Shown piece after piece: positions 1 through 8,998 of a stretch of 64,000 nt of DNA. Origin of the DNA: a virus (taxonomy: Duplodnaviria > Caudoviricetes); the IMG/VR virus record IMGVR_UViG_3300037297_000386; one strand, given 5' to 3'. The notes below the pieces were generated by a model. The model saw nothing but the letters and a program-made list of their open reading frames with translations, made no database searches and was not told where the DNA came from. Numbering within the stretch: the first letter of the stretch is position 1; each line of letters begins with the position of its first letter. A program made the position numbers and the translations under genes.

Positions 1-555
1 TCAACCTTGTAACTTGTAAAACCTGTGTGCATCATAATATTTTCCTTCTATCCAATAATCGTCAGGAATAGTCGCATATTTCTCAAACCCACTCTTTTCT
101 AAAACACGAACAGATCCAACATTTCCATCAACAACGCCTGCCTCTACTTTATGCAAATTCAGTCTATTTAAAGCATAATCAGAAACCAAACCAACCGCTT
201 CTGTTGCAATACCAGCGCCCCAATGTGTTTGTTCTCCAATCATATAACCGATTTCCCCTTTTCTGATAATCCAATCAATACAATGTAAAGAAATAGTTCC
301 TATAAATTCCGAATATAAATCATTTTTGGTGAGTCGATCTCCAGCACTAGATAGATTGCTCATAATGGCAAACATTATATTATTGTTATCATTTCTATTT
401 CTTATTTCTTCTTTTGTAATTGGTATACGGCCTGTAAATAGATACCTATTGACATCGTGATTATTTAACCATTCGATATATTTTGCAGTAATAAATCGAT
501 CAGTAAATTTAACCAATTTTATTTTTTCACCAATCAAGTATGTCATTTTTACCAT
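1..555 (-). CDS. GNAT (RimJ/RimL-like, PseH-like) N-acetyltransferase
   Basis: Motifs FIGTISL..IDW..RKGEIGYMIGE..HWGAGIATEA and N.GSVRVLEKSGF; next to nucleotide-sugar genes; TGA stop at 1-3. Confidence 0.8.
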   Translation of the reverse strand: MVKMTYLIGEKIKLVKFTDRFITAKYIEWLNNHDVNRYLFTGRIPITKEEIRNRNDNNNIMFAIMSNLSSAGDRLTKNDLYSEFIGTISLHCIDWIIRKGEIGYMIGEQTHWGAGIATEAVGLVSDYALNRLNLHKVEAGVVDGNVGSVRVLEKSGFEKYATIPDDYWIEGKYYDAHRFYKLQG

Positions 556-1010
556 CTCTTAAGCGTATTAATAATTTGCATCGTCACAGATTCTACCAGA
601 TCACTTGAACTCTGAATCTTCTCTCCACCTAAACCCCATATTAATTCAACACCCATATTCTCGCATAGAACAGCCTCAGGAGTATTTTTATTTGTCCTAG
701 TTCCACCATTTCCAAAATAATCTGGTCTAATCATTTTTATTGCTTCACACACTGTTCCATCACCGTCATCCACTGGAATAACATCATGTATATTTTTCAT
801 TGCCTTTAATATTTCGGCTCGCTCATTCCATGGCATAAATACATAACCCTTTTTATTTCTTAACCATTCATCACTATTCAAAATCCATATAACCTTTCCA
901 TAAGCAATTGCATCATTGATCATCCTAATGTGCCCAGCGTGCAAACAATCCGCTCCTCCAGATAAACAAATTATCTTACTTTTGGTGTTTTTATCTGTAT
1001 TGCCACTCAT
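549..1010 (-). CDS. Cytidylyltransferase-like protein (HxGH superfamily, TagD/RfaE domain II-like)
   Basis: SGGADCLHAGH, LNSDEWL..KKG..FMPW.ER, KIQSSS. Start moved to ATG 1010, which forms an ATGA overlap with the upstream stop. Confidence 0.75.
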   Translation of the reverse strand: MSGNTDKNTKSKIICLSGGADCLHAGHIRMINDAIAYGKVIWILNSDEWLRNKKGYVFMPWNERAEILKAMKNIHDVIPVDDGDGTVCEAIKMIRPDYFGNGGTRTNKNTPEAVLCENMGVELIWGLGGEKIQSSSDLVESVTMQIINTLKRW

Positions 1011-1771
1011 ACTAATACCCCATTCGGATCTGGCGATGGGTTTGGTTTGACCCATCCATGATTATATGTTTCTATTATTGCTCTGTTTAAATCTTCATGC
1101 TTATCATAATAGTGAGCTATTCTCTTGATAATAAATAGATCTTCTTTAGTATCAAATGAAAAATCAGGGTAATGCATGGATATCATAGTGTTTGGTCTTT
1201 TATTTTCAAAGCTGTAAATATCATATTCGGTTCCTCTACGATACATGAATGGCGTCACATGTTCTCTATGAATCGGATCATTTGTAAGTTGATGTGTTTC
1301 AGATAACATCCAATATGGGAAAATTTCTACATCGCATCCATCGGGTAGCGGATTTTTGGACACTAACTCATTACAAGCCATATAACCATTATATCCTTTT
1401 TTCAAGTATTCAATTAGCATCTCATCGATAATCTTACCCTGAACCAAAGGACAATCAGCAGTAACTCTAATTATCAGATCTAAACCATATCCTCGAGCAG
1501 CTTGAAAATATCTATCTACCAAGTCATCTGGACTTCCAAAATATAAGGCAAATCTGTCATCTATTGCATTATAAAATTCGCCAGAATCACATCTATAAAT
1601 GAATTCTTGTTCATCATATTTTGGCATAGCTAAAATAATTTTGTGAGGAACTTGGGCCTTTTTAACTCCCTCTAGAACTCGGTACAAAGTAGTTTTGCCA
1701 TTTATATCTTCATAAATTTTGCGAGTAAACCTTGAACTTTTTGTTCTAGCTTGTATAACAACTCCTATCAT
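1007..1771 (-). CDS. SpsF/PseF-like acylneuraminate cytidylyltransferase family protein
   Basis: IQARTKSSRF..K, GS.DDLVDRY, RVTADCPL, PDGCDVEIF, REHVTPF, FDTKEDL motifs. Confidence 0.8.
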   Translation of the reverse strand: MIGVVIQARTKSSRFTRKIYEDINGKTTLYRVLEGVKKAQVPHKIILAMPKYDEQEFIYRCDSGEFYNAIDDRFALYFGSPDDLVDRYFQAARGYGLDLIIRVTADCPLVQGKIIDEMLIEYLKKGYNGYMACNELVSKNPLPDGCDVEIFPYWMLSETHQLTNDPIHREHVTPFMYRRGTEYDIYSFENKRPNTMISMHYPDFSFDTKEDLFIIKRIAHYYDKHEDLNRAIIETYNHGWVKPNPSPDPNGVLV

Positions 1772-1780
1772 ATTTTTCTC

Positions 1781-2014
1781 CTAAATCAGATGTTGTCTCA
1801 AAAAATTATTAACTTTATCAGTACCCAATATTGTATGTGATAGCAACCCAGAACTAACACCACAATAATGCAAAGCATCAACAAGCTTTGCATTGTCATG
1901 TAATTTTGTAATTAAATTTCCATTATCATCTACACCACAAATTATACGTGGTATTAGGGTCCAACAATACAAAAATTCTATAATCGGGTCCATATCTTCC
2001 TTTACTTTATTCAA
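1781..2014 (-). CDS. Small hypothetical protein
   Basis: 77-aa ORF tightly packed in the minus-strand operon. Confidence 0.5.
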   Translation of the reverse strand: MNKVKEDMDPIIEFLYCWTLIPRIICGVDDNGNLITKLHDNAKLVDALHYCGVSSGLLSHTILGTDKVNNFLRQHLI

Positions 2015-3179
2015 TAGAATCTAAACCAAAAGTTGACTCAAAATTTTTCAATTCTTCCACAGACAATGTTTCTACTGAATCAGATGTATATTTAAATGGC
2101 TTCATTAAAGGTTCTACAGGATAATTAAAATCCCACCCAATACCTGGAACATTTACATTAGGAGGAATAATTTTATAATATTCTCCACAATCAACCACAT
2201 ATCTACTTTCAGTTTCTGATATCAACTCTTCATGTATTTTTTCATGACCACGTAAGCCGATAATTTTTTTTGGAACATTTGGATATAAAATATTAACGAA
2301 ATCCATTATCTTTATTGATTTCATTTTTGGTATAAAAATTTCTCCACCAATACAATTATTTAAAGTGTATAAAATTAAGTTGACTGCATCATTTAATGAC
2401 ATAAAAAATCTGGTCATTTCCTCATGCGTAATACTTATTTCCCCATTTTCTTCTTTTTGCTTATCAAATATATGTTTAATACTTCCATTGCTACCAAATA
2501 TATTTCCATATCTGACACAGGTAAAAATTGTAGTTCCAGAGGAATAATTATTTCCATTAATAAACATTTGTTCAGATACAAATTTAGTTCCACCATATAA
2601 AGTAGCCGCCGAGGTAGACTTATCTGTGGATATCATCACGACTTTTGGGATACCACTTTCTACACATGCTTCAGCTACATTCATAGAACCAACAACATTT
2701 GTTTTTACAGCTTCAAATGGATTATATGAACAACTATCTATACGTTTATAGCATGCCGCATGAATACAAATATCTACATTAGATAAAGCGAATAACAATC
2801 TATTCTTATCCTTGATATCTCCGAGCATATATCTAATATTATTATATTCTTTAAATTTATTGCACATATTTGCCTGTTTTAATTCACAACGACTAAATAT
2901 TATAATTTTTTTACAGTAGTCACACAATCTTTTTACAAGGGCGTTCCCTAATGATCCGCTGCCACCAGTAATAAGAACGGTTTTCCCTTTTATAGCATCT
3001 AAGTCTTCCCCAGTTCTTTTATATTTATTTTTCCCTGATACTTCAAGATATTGTTCGTGTGTATAATATCTATGACCTGATGGACGACGCTTTGCCACCA
3101 ATCTCTTTGTACTATCCCACCGTCGCAAAGTATCTATAGAAACACTGAGCATTTTGGCCATTTTAGATATAGAATACAC
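2007..3179 (-). CDS. pseB: UDP-N-acetylglucosamine 4,6-dehydratase (PseB/FlaA1-like) with N-terminal MerR/IS607-type HTH
   Basis: GKTVLITGGSGSLG Rossmann motif, STDK..A..LYGGTK, VRYGNIFGSNGS, MTRF, GLRGHEKIHEEL. N-terminal ISKMAKMLSVSIDTLRRWD...PSGHRYYT HTH in the same frame; GTG start after CGGAGA. Confidence 0.8.
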   Translation of the reverse strand: MYSISKMAKMLSVSIDTLRRWDSTKRLVAKRRPSGHRYYTHEQYLEVSGKNKYKRTGEDLDAIKGKTVLITGGSGSLGNALVKRLCDYCKKIIIFSRCELKQANMCNKFKEYNNIRYMLGDIKDKNRLLFALSNVDICIHAACYKRIDSCSYNPFEAVKTNVVGSMNVAEACVESGIPKVVMISTDKSTSAATLYGGTKFVSEQMFINGNNYSSGTTIFTCVRYGNIFGSNGSIKHIFDKQKEENGEISITHEEMTRFFMSLNDAVNLILYTLNNCIGGEIFIPKMKSIKIMDFVNILYPNVPKKIIGLRGHEKIHEELISETESRYVVDCGEYYKIIPPNVNVPGIGWDFNYPVEPLMKPFKYTSDSVETLSVEELKNFESTFGLDSIE

Positions 3180-3300
3180 TATTAAAATCTCCGCAATTTT
3201 CTAATTTTAACTATAATAAATTCTTACATAAATATACATAGATTATTAGTAGAAATGCTTAAAAAAACTACTGATTAATTAGCATTTATAATGTAATAGA

Positions 3301-3498
3301 TCAAATAATAGAAGAAATTGGTGCGTCGGAACCAATTAAATCGAATAATTGCTTTGCTCTATTATTATATATTGGATCTTGGACAGTGCGTAAAATAACA
3401 GAAAGTGCCTTGAGATGCCTAGAATTGAAACTATCCCTATTAGACGCATCAACGACGAGAATGTACAAATATAAAGAATTTATTACTGGATCGATCAT
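3301..3498 (-). CDS. Small hypothetical protein
   Basis: 65-aa ORF overlapping the stop of its upstream neighbour. Confidence 0.5.
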   Translation of the reverse strand: MIDPVINSLYLYILVVDASNRDSFNSRHLKALSVILRTVQDPIYNNRAKQLFDLIGSDAPISSII

Positions 3499-3716
3499 AA
3501 ATCACCACCTGGTGCCCACTGATATATTAACAACTTGATACGCCATAATCGTGGATCATTGTTCATGGAATATCTATTTATAAAATTAAATAATTCATCT
3601 CGTATTTCATAATTATCTTTGACTATATTATATATAAATTGTAAATATATAGTATTTAATTTATGATCGTTCAGTAATAAGAAATTAAAATATATTAATT
3701 TTATAATATTACCCAT
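3495..3716 (-). CDS. Small hypothetical protein
   Basis: 73-aa ORF with overlaps to both neighbours. Confidence 0.5.
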   Translation of the reverse strand: MGNIIKLIYFNFLLLNDHKLNTIYLQFIYNIVKDNYEIRDELFNFINRYSMNNDPRLWRIKLLIYQWAPGGDL

Positions 3717-4788
3717 ATAATATATCCTTTGATATTAGTTTAGCGCCATTTAATTTTGGCCCAATATATTTATCAATCCATTTTTTCATCATCACCGGAT
3801 CTATATTTCGTGGCTCAAATTTACAGTTTCCTAAAAATGTATCCTGATCCACACTTTCTACAACGCCAGGAAATTGGTATATAGACGGAGCAATTGTGGA
3901 AAAATACTCTTTCATTTTAATTTTATCCCAACTCCATCTTTTAAGTGGAAATGTTATGTTGTAGACATAATTTCCACCATATACACATTCATAAATACCA
4001 CTAGAAAAAAACATCACAGTACAATAACATCGTTTTAACAAATCCGATATTACCGTTGGATACATAACGTCTCCATCACTTATAATATCTTTAGCGTATC
4101 TTTTTATTTCATTTGGCAACCATTGCTTTTTCCGCGTCTTAAGAATTAAATTACCCCCGCGTGATATTCTATCTATTATATTAATAAATTGTTTGGCACT
4201 ACCAAATGTAGATTGTACATGTTCTTTACGAATATTAGGCAAAAGAACTAATATATCTTTGCCTTCACTTGGCTTATTAAAAACAGAATCAAATATGGGT
4301 GATCCCAGAAATTTATCCCTATTCATTAAACATTTAATATTAGAGAACTTGTGATGAGTGTTCATGAGATACTTGGAACTATAATATACCTTGGTCAAAC
4401 CATCTACATTGGCCTTCCATAAACTATCTGTCAAATATTGCACGCTATACGTATTTATATCTTGGGTAACCTTTTTATTTAACCATAAACCCAATTCTAC
4501 ACTCACAAGTTTTGAAATTTTATCGATTTTTAATTGTTTGTAAAGTTGTTTATCGTTGCTAAAAGATTTTACATTCTTAGCCCACGATATTATCTTCGGA
4601 GAGGATTTTTTGATATTATTAATAGATGCTCTTAAATATTCTTTTTCTCCACGCGGAGCATCCCAATGATAAATATTAAATGAAGCACCAATATTGTAAA
4701 ATTGTTCACATATTGGATACAATAATTTAAGATATGGGAGATCCCTTATAACAATTGCTAATTGTGTCATATTTTTTTTTATTAACAT
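3709..4788 (-). CDS. Putative GT-B fold glycosyl/phosphotransferase-like protein
   Basis: 359 aa; N-terminal AIVI...LKLLYPI, central LGSPIFD..F then ILVLLP, C-terminal VMFFSSGIYE resemble TagF/UDP-GlcNAc 2-epimerase-like GT-B proteins. Weak similarity plus context. Confidence 0.45.
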   Translation of the reverse strand: MLIKKNMTQLAIVIRDLPYLKLLYPICEQFYNIGASFNIYHWDAPRGEKEYLRASINNIKKSSPKIISWAKNVKSFSNDKQLYKQLKIDKISKLVSVELGLWLNKKVTQDINTYSVQYLTDSLWKANVDGLTKVYYSSKYLMNTHHKFSNIKCLMNRDKFLGSPIFDSVFNKPSEGKDILVLLPNIRKEHVQSTFGSAKQFINIIDRISRGGNLILKTRKKQWLPNEIKRYAKDIISDGDVMYPTVISDLLKRCYCTVMFFSSGIYECVYGGNYVYNITFPLKRWSWDKIKMKEYFSTIAPSIYQFPGVVESVDQDTFLGNCKFEPRNIDPVMMKKWIDKYIGPKLNGAKLISKDILYG

Positions 4789-4820
4789 TTATTATCTAAT
4801 CATATATTGTTAAATATTGT

Positions 4821-4984
4821 CTAAATCAAAAATACTTCGAACTGTTGCCAATCATGCCAACGGAAAAATTCATCTTTACCTTTATCAGTAGAATATCTTT
4901 CTATGAATTTACCACATCAAAAGCCATATAGTAAGTTTTAACATCAAGAAAATATCTATATACATTTAATGTAATTTGACCCAT
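4821..4984 (-). pseudogene. Frameshifted paralog of ORF 5164..5457
   Basis: MGQITLNVYRYFLDVKTYYMAFD continues in another frame as GKFIERYSTDKGKDEFFRWHDWQQFEVFLI, matching FIREYSIKNGKFFCRHDWRQFEI of 5164..5457. Confidence 0.5.
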
Positions 4985-5163
4985 TATTTGCTTCTATGGC
5001 TCCAATGGCACAACCCATCACGATATTTTAAATTTACAGTACATAAAAACCCACCACTTTTTATATCATGTTTGCTAATAAATTCAGAAAATAATCCCGC
5101 ATCTTTTACTTCACATTGTCCTAAAAGTAATAGTCTGTATACCGCAAGTATATGTTTATCCAT
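4984..5163 (-). CDS. 59-aa hypothetical protein, paralog of 5164..5457
   Basis: Below the track cutoff; MDKHILAVYRLLLLGQCEVKDAGLFSEFISKHDIKSGGFLC aligns with LAMYKFLLANNCSVDDSKKAIIFIREYSIKNGKFFC; ATG abuts the upstream TAA. Confidence 0.6.
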   Translation of the reverse strand: MDKHILAVYRLLLLGQCEVKDAGLFSEFISKHDIKSGGFLCTVNLKYRDGLCHWSHRSK

Positions 5164-5457
5164 TTATATATACATAATATATTTACTATAATCAATCATG
5201 CGTTTATCGGGCTTTGCCATACGAGTGTGAATTATTTGACCGCATTTTTCGCATCTAGCCCACGCACCACTTATAAATATATTATGTCCACTTGGTAATA
5301 TTTCAAACTGACGCCAATCATGTCTACAAAAAAATTTGCCATTTTTTATACTATATTCTCTAATAAATATAATGGCTTTTTTAGAATCATCAACACTGCA
5401 ATTATTTGCTAATAAAAATTTATACATTGCAAGAGTATCTGAATTTGTCATATTCAT
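5164..5457 (-). CDS. Hypothetical protein with C-terminal CxxC zinc-ribbon-like motif
   Basis: CRHDW ... RCEKCG. Confidence 0.6.
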   Translation of the reverse strand: MNMTNSDTLAMYKFLLANNCSVDDSKKAIIFIREYSIKNGKFFCRHDWRQFEILPSGHNIFISGAWARCEKCGQIIHTRMAKPDKRMIDYSKYIMYI

Positions 5458-5978
5458 TTACTACCATGATAACATCTGTCACATAATGCTGTATACGATT
5501 CACTACCGCCAACAACAATTTTATCAGTTTTTTCACCAGCAGTGTAAAAAGTATAATTCCCAAAATCAGAACCACATTTTGTACATACAGCGTTTAACTT
5601 TTCTATCTCTTCACAATATGGTATAATTTCAGCAATATTTTGGAACATCTCGCATTCTGACGTCGCGTGCAAGGCAGAGATTATTATATGTTTTCCTGCC
5701 AATGAATTGTTTACACAAAAATTAGTTAGACCTTTATGGAACTGTCCCTCATCGATTCCTACCGTATTTAAGCCATTGGTATTAAAATTATTCAAATTTT
5801 CTACAAATTTTTCTTCAAGCCAAGAAATATTTAATCCAGAGTGACTTAAAAACCCACGTGTGTCAGTAATAGGTCTTAATAATATTGTTTTCTTACCAGC
5901 AATATGGGCCCTATGTAACCTTCTAATTACTTCTGTAGTCTTTCCTGAATACATTGCGCCACAAATTAATGAAATCAT
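5454..5978 (-). CDS. tdk: Thymidine kinase
   Basis: CGAMYSGKTTE P-loop, IDEGQF, KLNAVCTKCG and YTALCDRCY zinc site. Confidence 0.92.
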   Translation of the reverse strand: MISLICGAMYSGKTTEVIRRLHRAHIAGKKTILLRPITDTRGFLSHSGLNISWLEEKFVENLNNFNTNGLNTVGIDEGQFHKGLTNFCVNNSLAGKHIIISALHATSECEMFQNIAEIIPYCEEIEKLNAVCTKCGSDFGNYTFYTAGEKTDKIVVGGSESYTALCDRCYHGSK

Positions 5979-6178
5979 CCTTTACACTCTTTCGTATTTT
6001 TTTCTAACCATGGTAGAATTATAGAATAAAATTCGCGGATATCGTCTTGTGCATATGTAATCGTCGGTGAACAATTACCACAATCACATTCATACCTTAA
6101 ACTAGCGCGTATATCATTTTGAATTCTATTAAGTATCATCCCACATTTTATACACGAATAAAATATATTATTTTCCAT
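5975..6178 (-). CDS. Small Cys-rich (zinc-ribbon-like) protein
   Basis: CIKCG ... ECDCGNC. Confidence 0.55.
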   Translation of the reverse strand: MENNIFYSCIKCGMILNRIQNDIRASLRYECDCGNCSPTITYAQDDIREFYSIILPWLEKNTKECKG

Positions 6179-6620
6179 TCCATTCTCCTGGCTCTACATA
6201 GAATACTAATCTTGGGTCTATATAATATTTATTTGGCTGATAATCAGCATAGGGAACTTTGTTTAACTGATGATATATTTTTGTTTTTTCTTTATCACGT
6301 GTCTCCATCCAAATATATTTCATACCAGATTTTTTTTGCTTTCCGGGCCACTTGTTTTTAATATTTTCCAATATAATTTGATCTTCTGAAACTTCGATAA
6401 AGGGTCCGTAATCGCCTAAAACAATACGACTATATCCTTTGGATATAAGAGTTCCATTTTCATTATGAAAATACAAATCTCCACCATCCAATGGAATTGG
6501 GATCTGTTCAGCGTAAAATTCTCTCACCAATTTGGATTCATCATGTGGCAAAGGAATATATTTTCCGGCTTTTAGATTTTCTCTAACCTTTTTGAGTATT
6601 TCAGCCAATTTAAATTTCAC
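6168..6620 (-). CDS. Hypothetical protein
   Basis: 150-aa ORF with globular composition in the operon. Confidence 0.65.
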   Translation of the reverse strand: MKFKLAEILKKVRENLKAGKYIPLPHDESKLVREFYAEQIPIPLDGGDLYFHNENGTLISKGYSRIVLGDYGPFIEVSEDQIILENIKNKWPGKQKKSGMKYIWMETRDKEKTKIYHQLNKVPYADYQPNKYYIDPRLVFYVEPGEWNGK

Positions 6621-6647
6621 TTAACAATCCTTTTTTATACACTTATA

Positions 6648-7091
6648 TTATTCAACTAAAGAGAATGCCTTAGCAGGACTTGCATATCTAGGAAAGTCAA
6701 GATCTTGCCAGTTCACCAGGGATATGCGTTCCCTTTTTTTAAAATTTATTACAATAGCTGATCCATTTTTCGTAATATCAATGACTAAAACACTATGATA
6801 TCCAAAATCTGGCGCCCAAATGCTTAATTCTACTGGACGATTTTCTTGTATCCTATGATATATCCAACGATTATCATTAGGACCATTTTGAGCTACCAGT
6901 CTCAAATAATAATATGCTTTATTTATACGTAAAGCGGATCCATATCTACAGCATGTTAAGTCAACCAATGTTTCAAACTCTTTTGAATTTGGCATAATTT
7001 CAGTCCGGCCAGTTAGAAAACTTCTAGCATTAAGCGCAGTAAGCAACTGACAAGAAGGATAATCATTATCAGATTGTACCAAGAATTTCAT
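6648..7091 (-). CDS. Hypothetical protein
   Basis: 147-aa ORF; ATGA overlap with the upstream stop. Confidence 0.6.
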   Translation of the reverse strand: MKFLVQSDNDYPSCQLLTALNARSFLTGRTEIMPNSKEFETLVDLTCCRYGSALRINKAYYYLRLVAQNGPNDNRWIYHRIQENRPVELSIWAPDFGYHSVLVIDITKNGSAIVINFKKRERISLVNWQDLDFPRYASPAKAFSLVE

Positions 7092-7852
7092 CTAATAATT
7101 CCATCCGCTATTTTCTTCCATTCCTTTAATTGTTCGTTAGGGTGTTTAAACCCACTTCTTACTGCTTTACCATCTATATTGCTCCCTCTTCCAAAATGGG
7201 CAGCTATACATTTTCCTTTATAATGAAATTCGTCTGATTGAAAATCTCCGTCAAAATATTGACCCTGTCCGCTTTTACAATCTACAAAATCTACCCCATC
7301 CACATAATTTGATTTAATATACTTACATAATCTCCATCCAACATCATTATCCCATTCATAATTTTGACCTGATACCATTGGTTTTTTACCTTTACGGCCG
7401 CCAGCAGAAAAATCAATTGGTCTTCTATTCTTCCATAATCTTTTTGTCTCTGCTACAAAAAAGCACATGTGAAACGTTTGTTCTCGACCATTTTTCAGAG
7501 ACGCTTTAGAATAACAACCGTTTTTTATTTTATACCAATCATGATTTAATACTACAACATCATTTTCAACTACTGCGACATATTTGGTTTTTGCTAGGCT
7601 AAAAATAGCATTGAGCCCAGAAGAGTGTCTATTTGAACCCCCAATTATATTTGGTTCATTTTTAATTATTGTAGGCTCTAAATTGTCAGGAAAACATTTA
7701 TTTATCTTATTTATATTTTTACCATTGGTATTGTCACAAAATATAAACCTTGGGGAAGGGTTTGTGAATTTTAATACAGAACGAACCATGAGTTCAGTTA
7801 ATCCCGGATCATTTTCAACCACTGTTAATACAGTCAAATCACTCGTCACCAA
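7088..7852 (-). CDS. GT-A fold (GT2-like) glycosyltransferase
   Basis: LTVLTVV, FIFCDN, HSSGLNA, YVAVVENDVVVL (DxD-like), late HFGRG. Confidence 0.6.
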   Translation of the reverse strand: MVTSDLTVLTVVENDPGLTELMVRSVLKFTNPSPRFIFCDNTNGKNINKINKCFPDNLEPTIIKNEPNIIGGSNRHSSGLNAIFSLAKTKYVAVVENDVVVLNHDWYKIKNGCYSKASLKNGREQTFHMCFFVAETKRLWKNRRPIDFSAGGRKGKKPMVSGQNYEWDNDVGWRLCKYIKSNYVDGVDFVDCKSGQGQYFDGDFQSDEFHYKGKCIAAHFGRGSNIDGKAVRSGFKHPNEQLKEWKKIADGIIR

Positions 7853-8153
7853 ATCTCTCCTTTACTAGTTCTAATAATACTTGCCCGTGACATATAAAAG
7901 GCTTATCTTTTTCTGTTAATGGAATTTTTCCAGCACACCAACAACCTAGCACTTTTCCTTTAAGATCAGATAAACATTCTAAAAGATCTAGGCGATTTAA
8001 AATATACTCTCTGTATTTCTCAATCGCTTCTTCGCGAGTATCAGTTTTATATTTTGCTAGAGTTCCATCTTTGTGTGAATATGGATTGCCCCATTTGCTT
8101 GGCCTTCCAATATAAACGTCATATTTATCTCGCTTACAGTGAACTACTTTCAT
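7839..8153 (-). CDS. DUF4326 domain protein
   Basis: VVHCKR..YDVYIGRPSKWGNPY, LKGKVLGCWC, CHGQVL signature. Confidence 0.85.
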   Translation of the reverse strand: MKVVHCKRDKYDVYIGRPSKWGNPYSHKDGTLAKYKTDTREEAIEKYREYILNRLDLLECLSDLKGKVLGCWCAGKIPLTEKDKPFICHGQVLLELVKERFGDE

Positions 8154-8424
8154 TACACTTTCTCCTTGCTTTAATTAACCTAGCTGTCCCTTTTACAGCC
8201 ATAATAGTTGTCCAAAAAGAATTCACAGAAAATAATAACACACTCTTGTGATCTCCATCTAATGAAGAATACAATAAACAATTGAAACAAATAGTGCATA
8301 GACTACCACACGCAGTTAATACGTATACTGGCCACAACTTACCTTTAGACAGATACCATTTATCCAAAAAATGAAAAATTAATATTATAGCTGGGAAAAG
8401 ATCCAATAAAAAACTTTTAATCAT
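8134..8424 (-). CDS. Small membrane protein
   Basis: Three hydrophobic segments followed by a basic C-terminus. Confidence 0.55.
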   Translation of the reverse strand: MIKSFLLDLFPAIILIFHFLDKWYLSKGKLWPVYVLTACGSLCTICFNCLLYSSLDGDHKSVLLFSVNSFWTTIMAVKGTARLIKARRKCNESSSL

Positions 8425-8756
8425 AATTCTGGTTTGTTAAAATCCTTTCCTATACTATTAAAAATTTTATTTACCTCTAATTTATCCTCTGGAAACCATA
8501 TACCCTCGTCAGAACAAAATTCCATATTAACTGGATCCGAAGTAATTGCTTGCATTGTATTCCCGTTTGCATCCGTGATTATAACTGAACACCTACATCC
8601 CATCTTTCGATGTTTTACAATTTCATAATCGGCTTCTTCTTCTCCCGGCAAAACGAGCACATATCCAAAAGAAACTTTACAGTTATCATATTTAATCGTA
8701 TTTATTGAAGTTGTATTAAAAAGTAAACTTAATATTACTGATAAAATTATCTTCAT
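8421..8756 (-). CDS. Hypothetical protein with signal-peptide-like N-terminus
   Basis: MKIILSVILSLLF followed by an acidic globular region. Confidence 0.55.
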   Translation of the reverse strand: MKIILSVILSLLFNTTSINTIKYDNCKVSFGYVLVLPGEEEADYEIVKHRKMGCRCSVIITDANGNTMQAITSDPVNMEFCSDEGIWFPEDKLEVNKIFNSIGKDFNKPEL

Positions 8757-8998
8757 CGAAATATTCCTCTTATTTTCCGAATTCCTTGAAATGGTACATA
8801 ATCCCTATATTGTTGTCTAATTTCCGATGAATATTCACTCATAAATTTCGCATAAAATATTTTGCCACGGACAGCATAACGATTAACAAATATACGAGAT
8901 CTCTCTGTATTATAAAATCTTGAAAAGGCCAAACTCGATTTTGGGTCTGGATAAAATAAAAAATATTCATACAAATATATTATGGATTTATGCATCAA
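8753..8998 (-). CDS. Small hypothetical protein
   Basis: 81-aa ORF overlapping both neighbours. Confidence 0.5.
   Translation of the reverse strand: MMHKSIIYLYEYFLFYPDPKSSLAFSRFYNTERSRIFVNRYAVRGKIFYAKFMSEYSSEIRQQYRDYVPFQGIRKIRGIFR

Noticed and set aside
2944-2952. Possible TnpB guide target (GTTCCCTAA shared with the tnpB 3' flank)
   Set aside because: Only about 9 nt of identity, which is expected by chance, and the element end is undefined.
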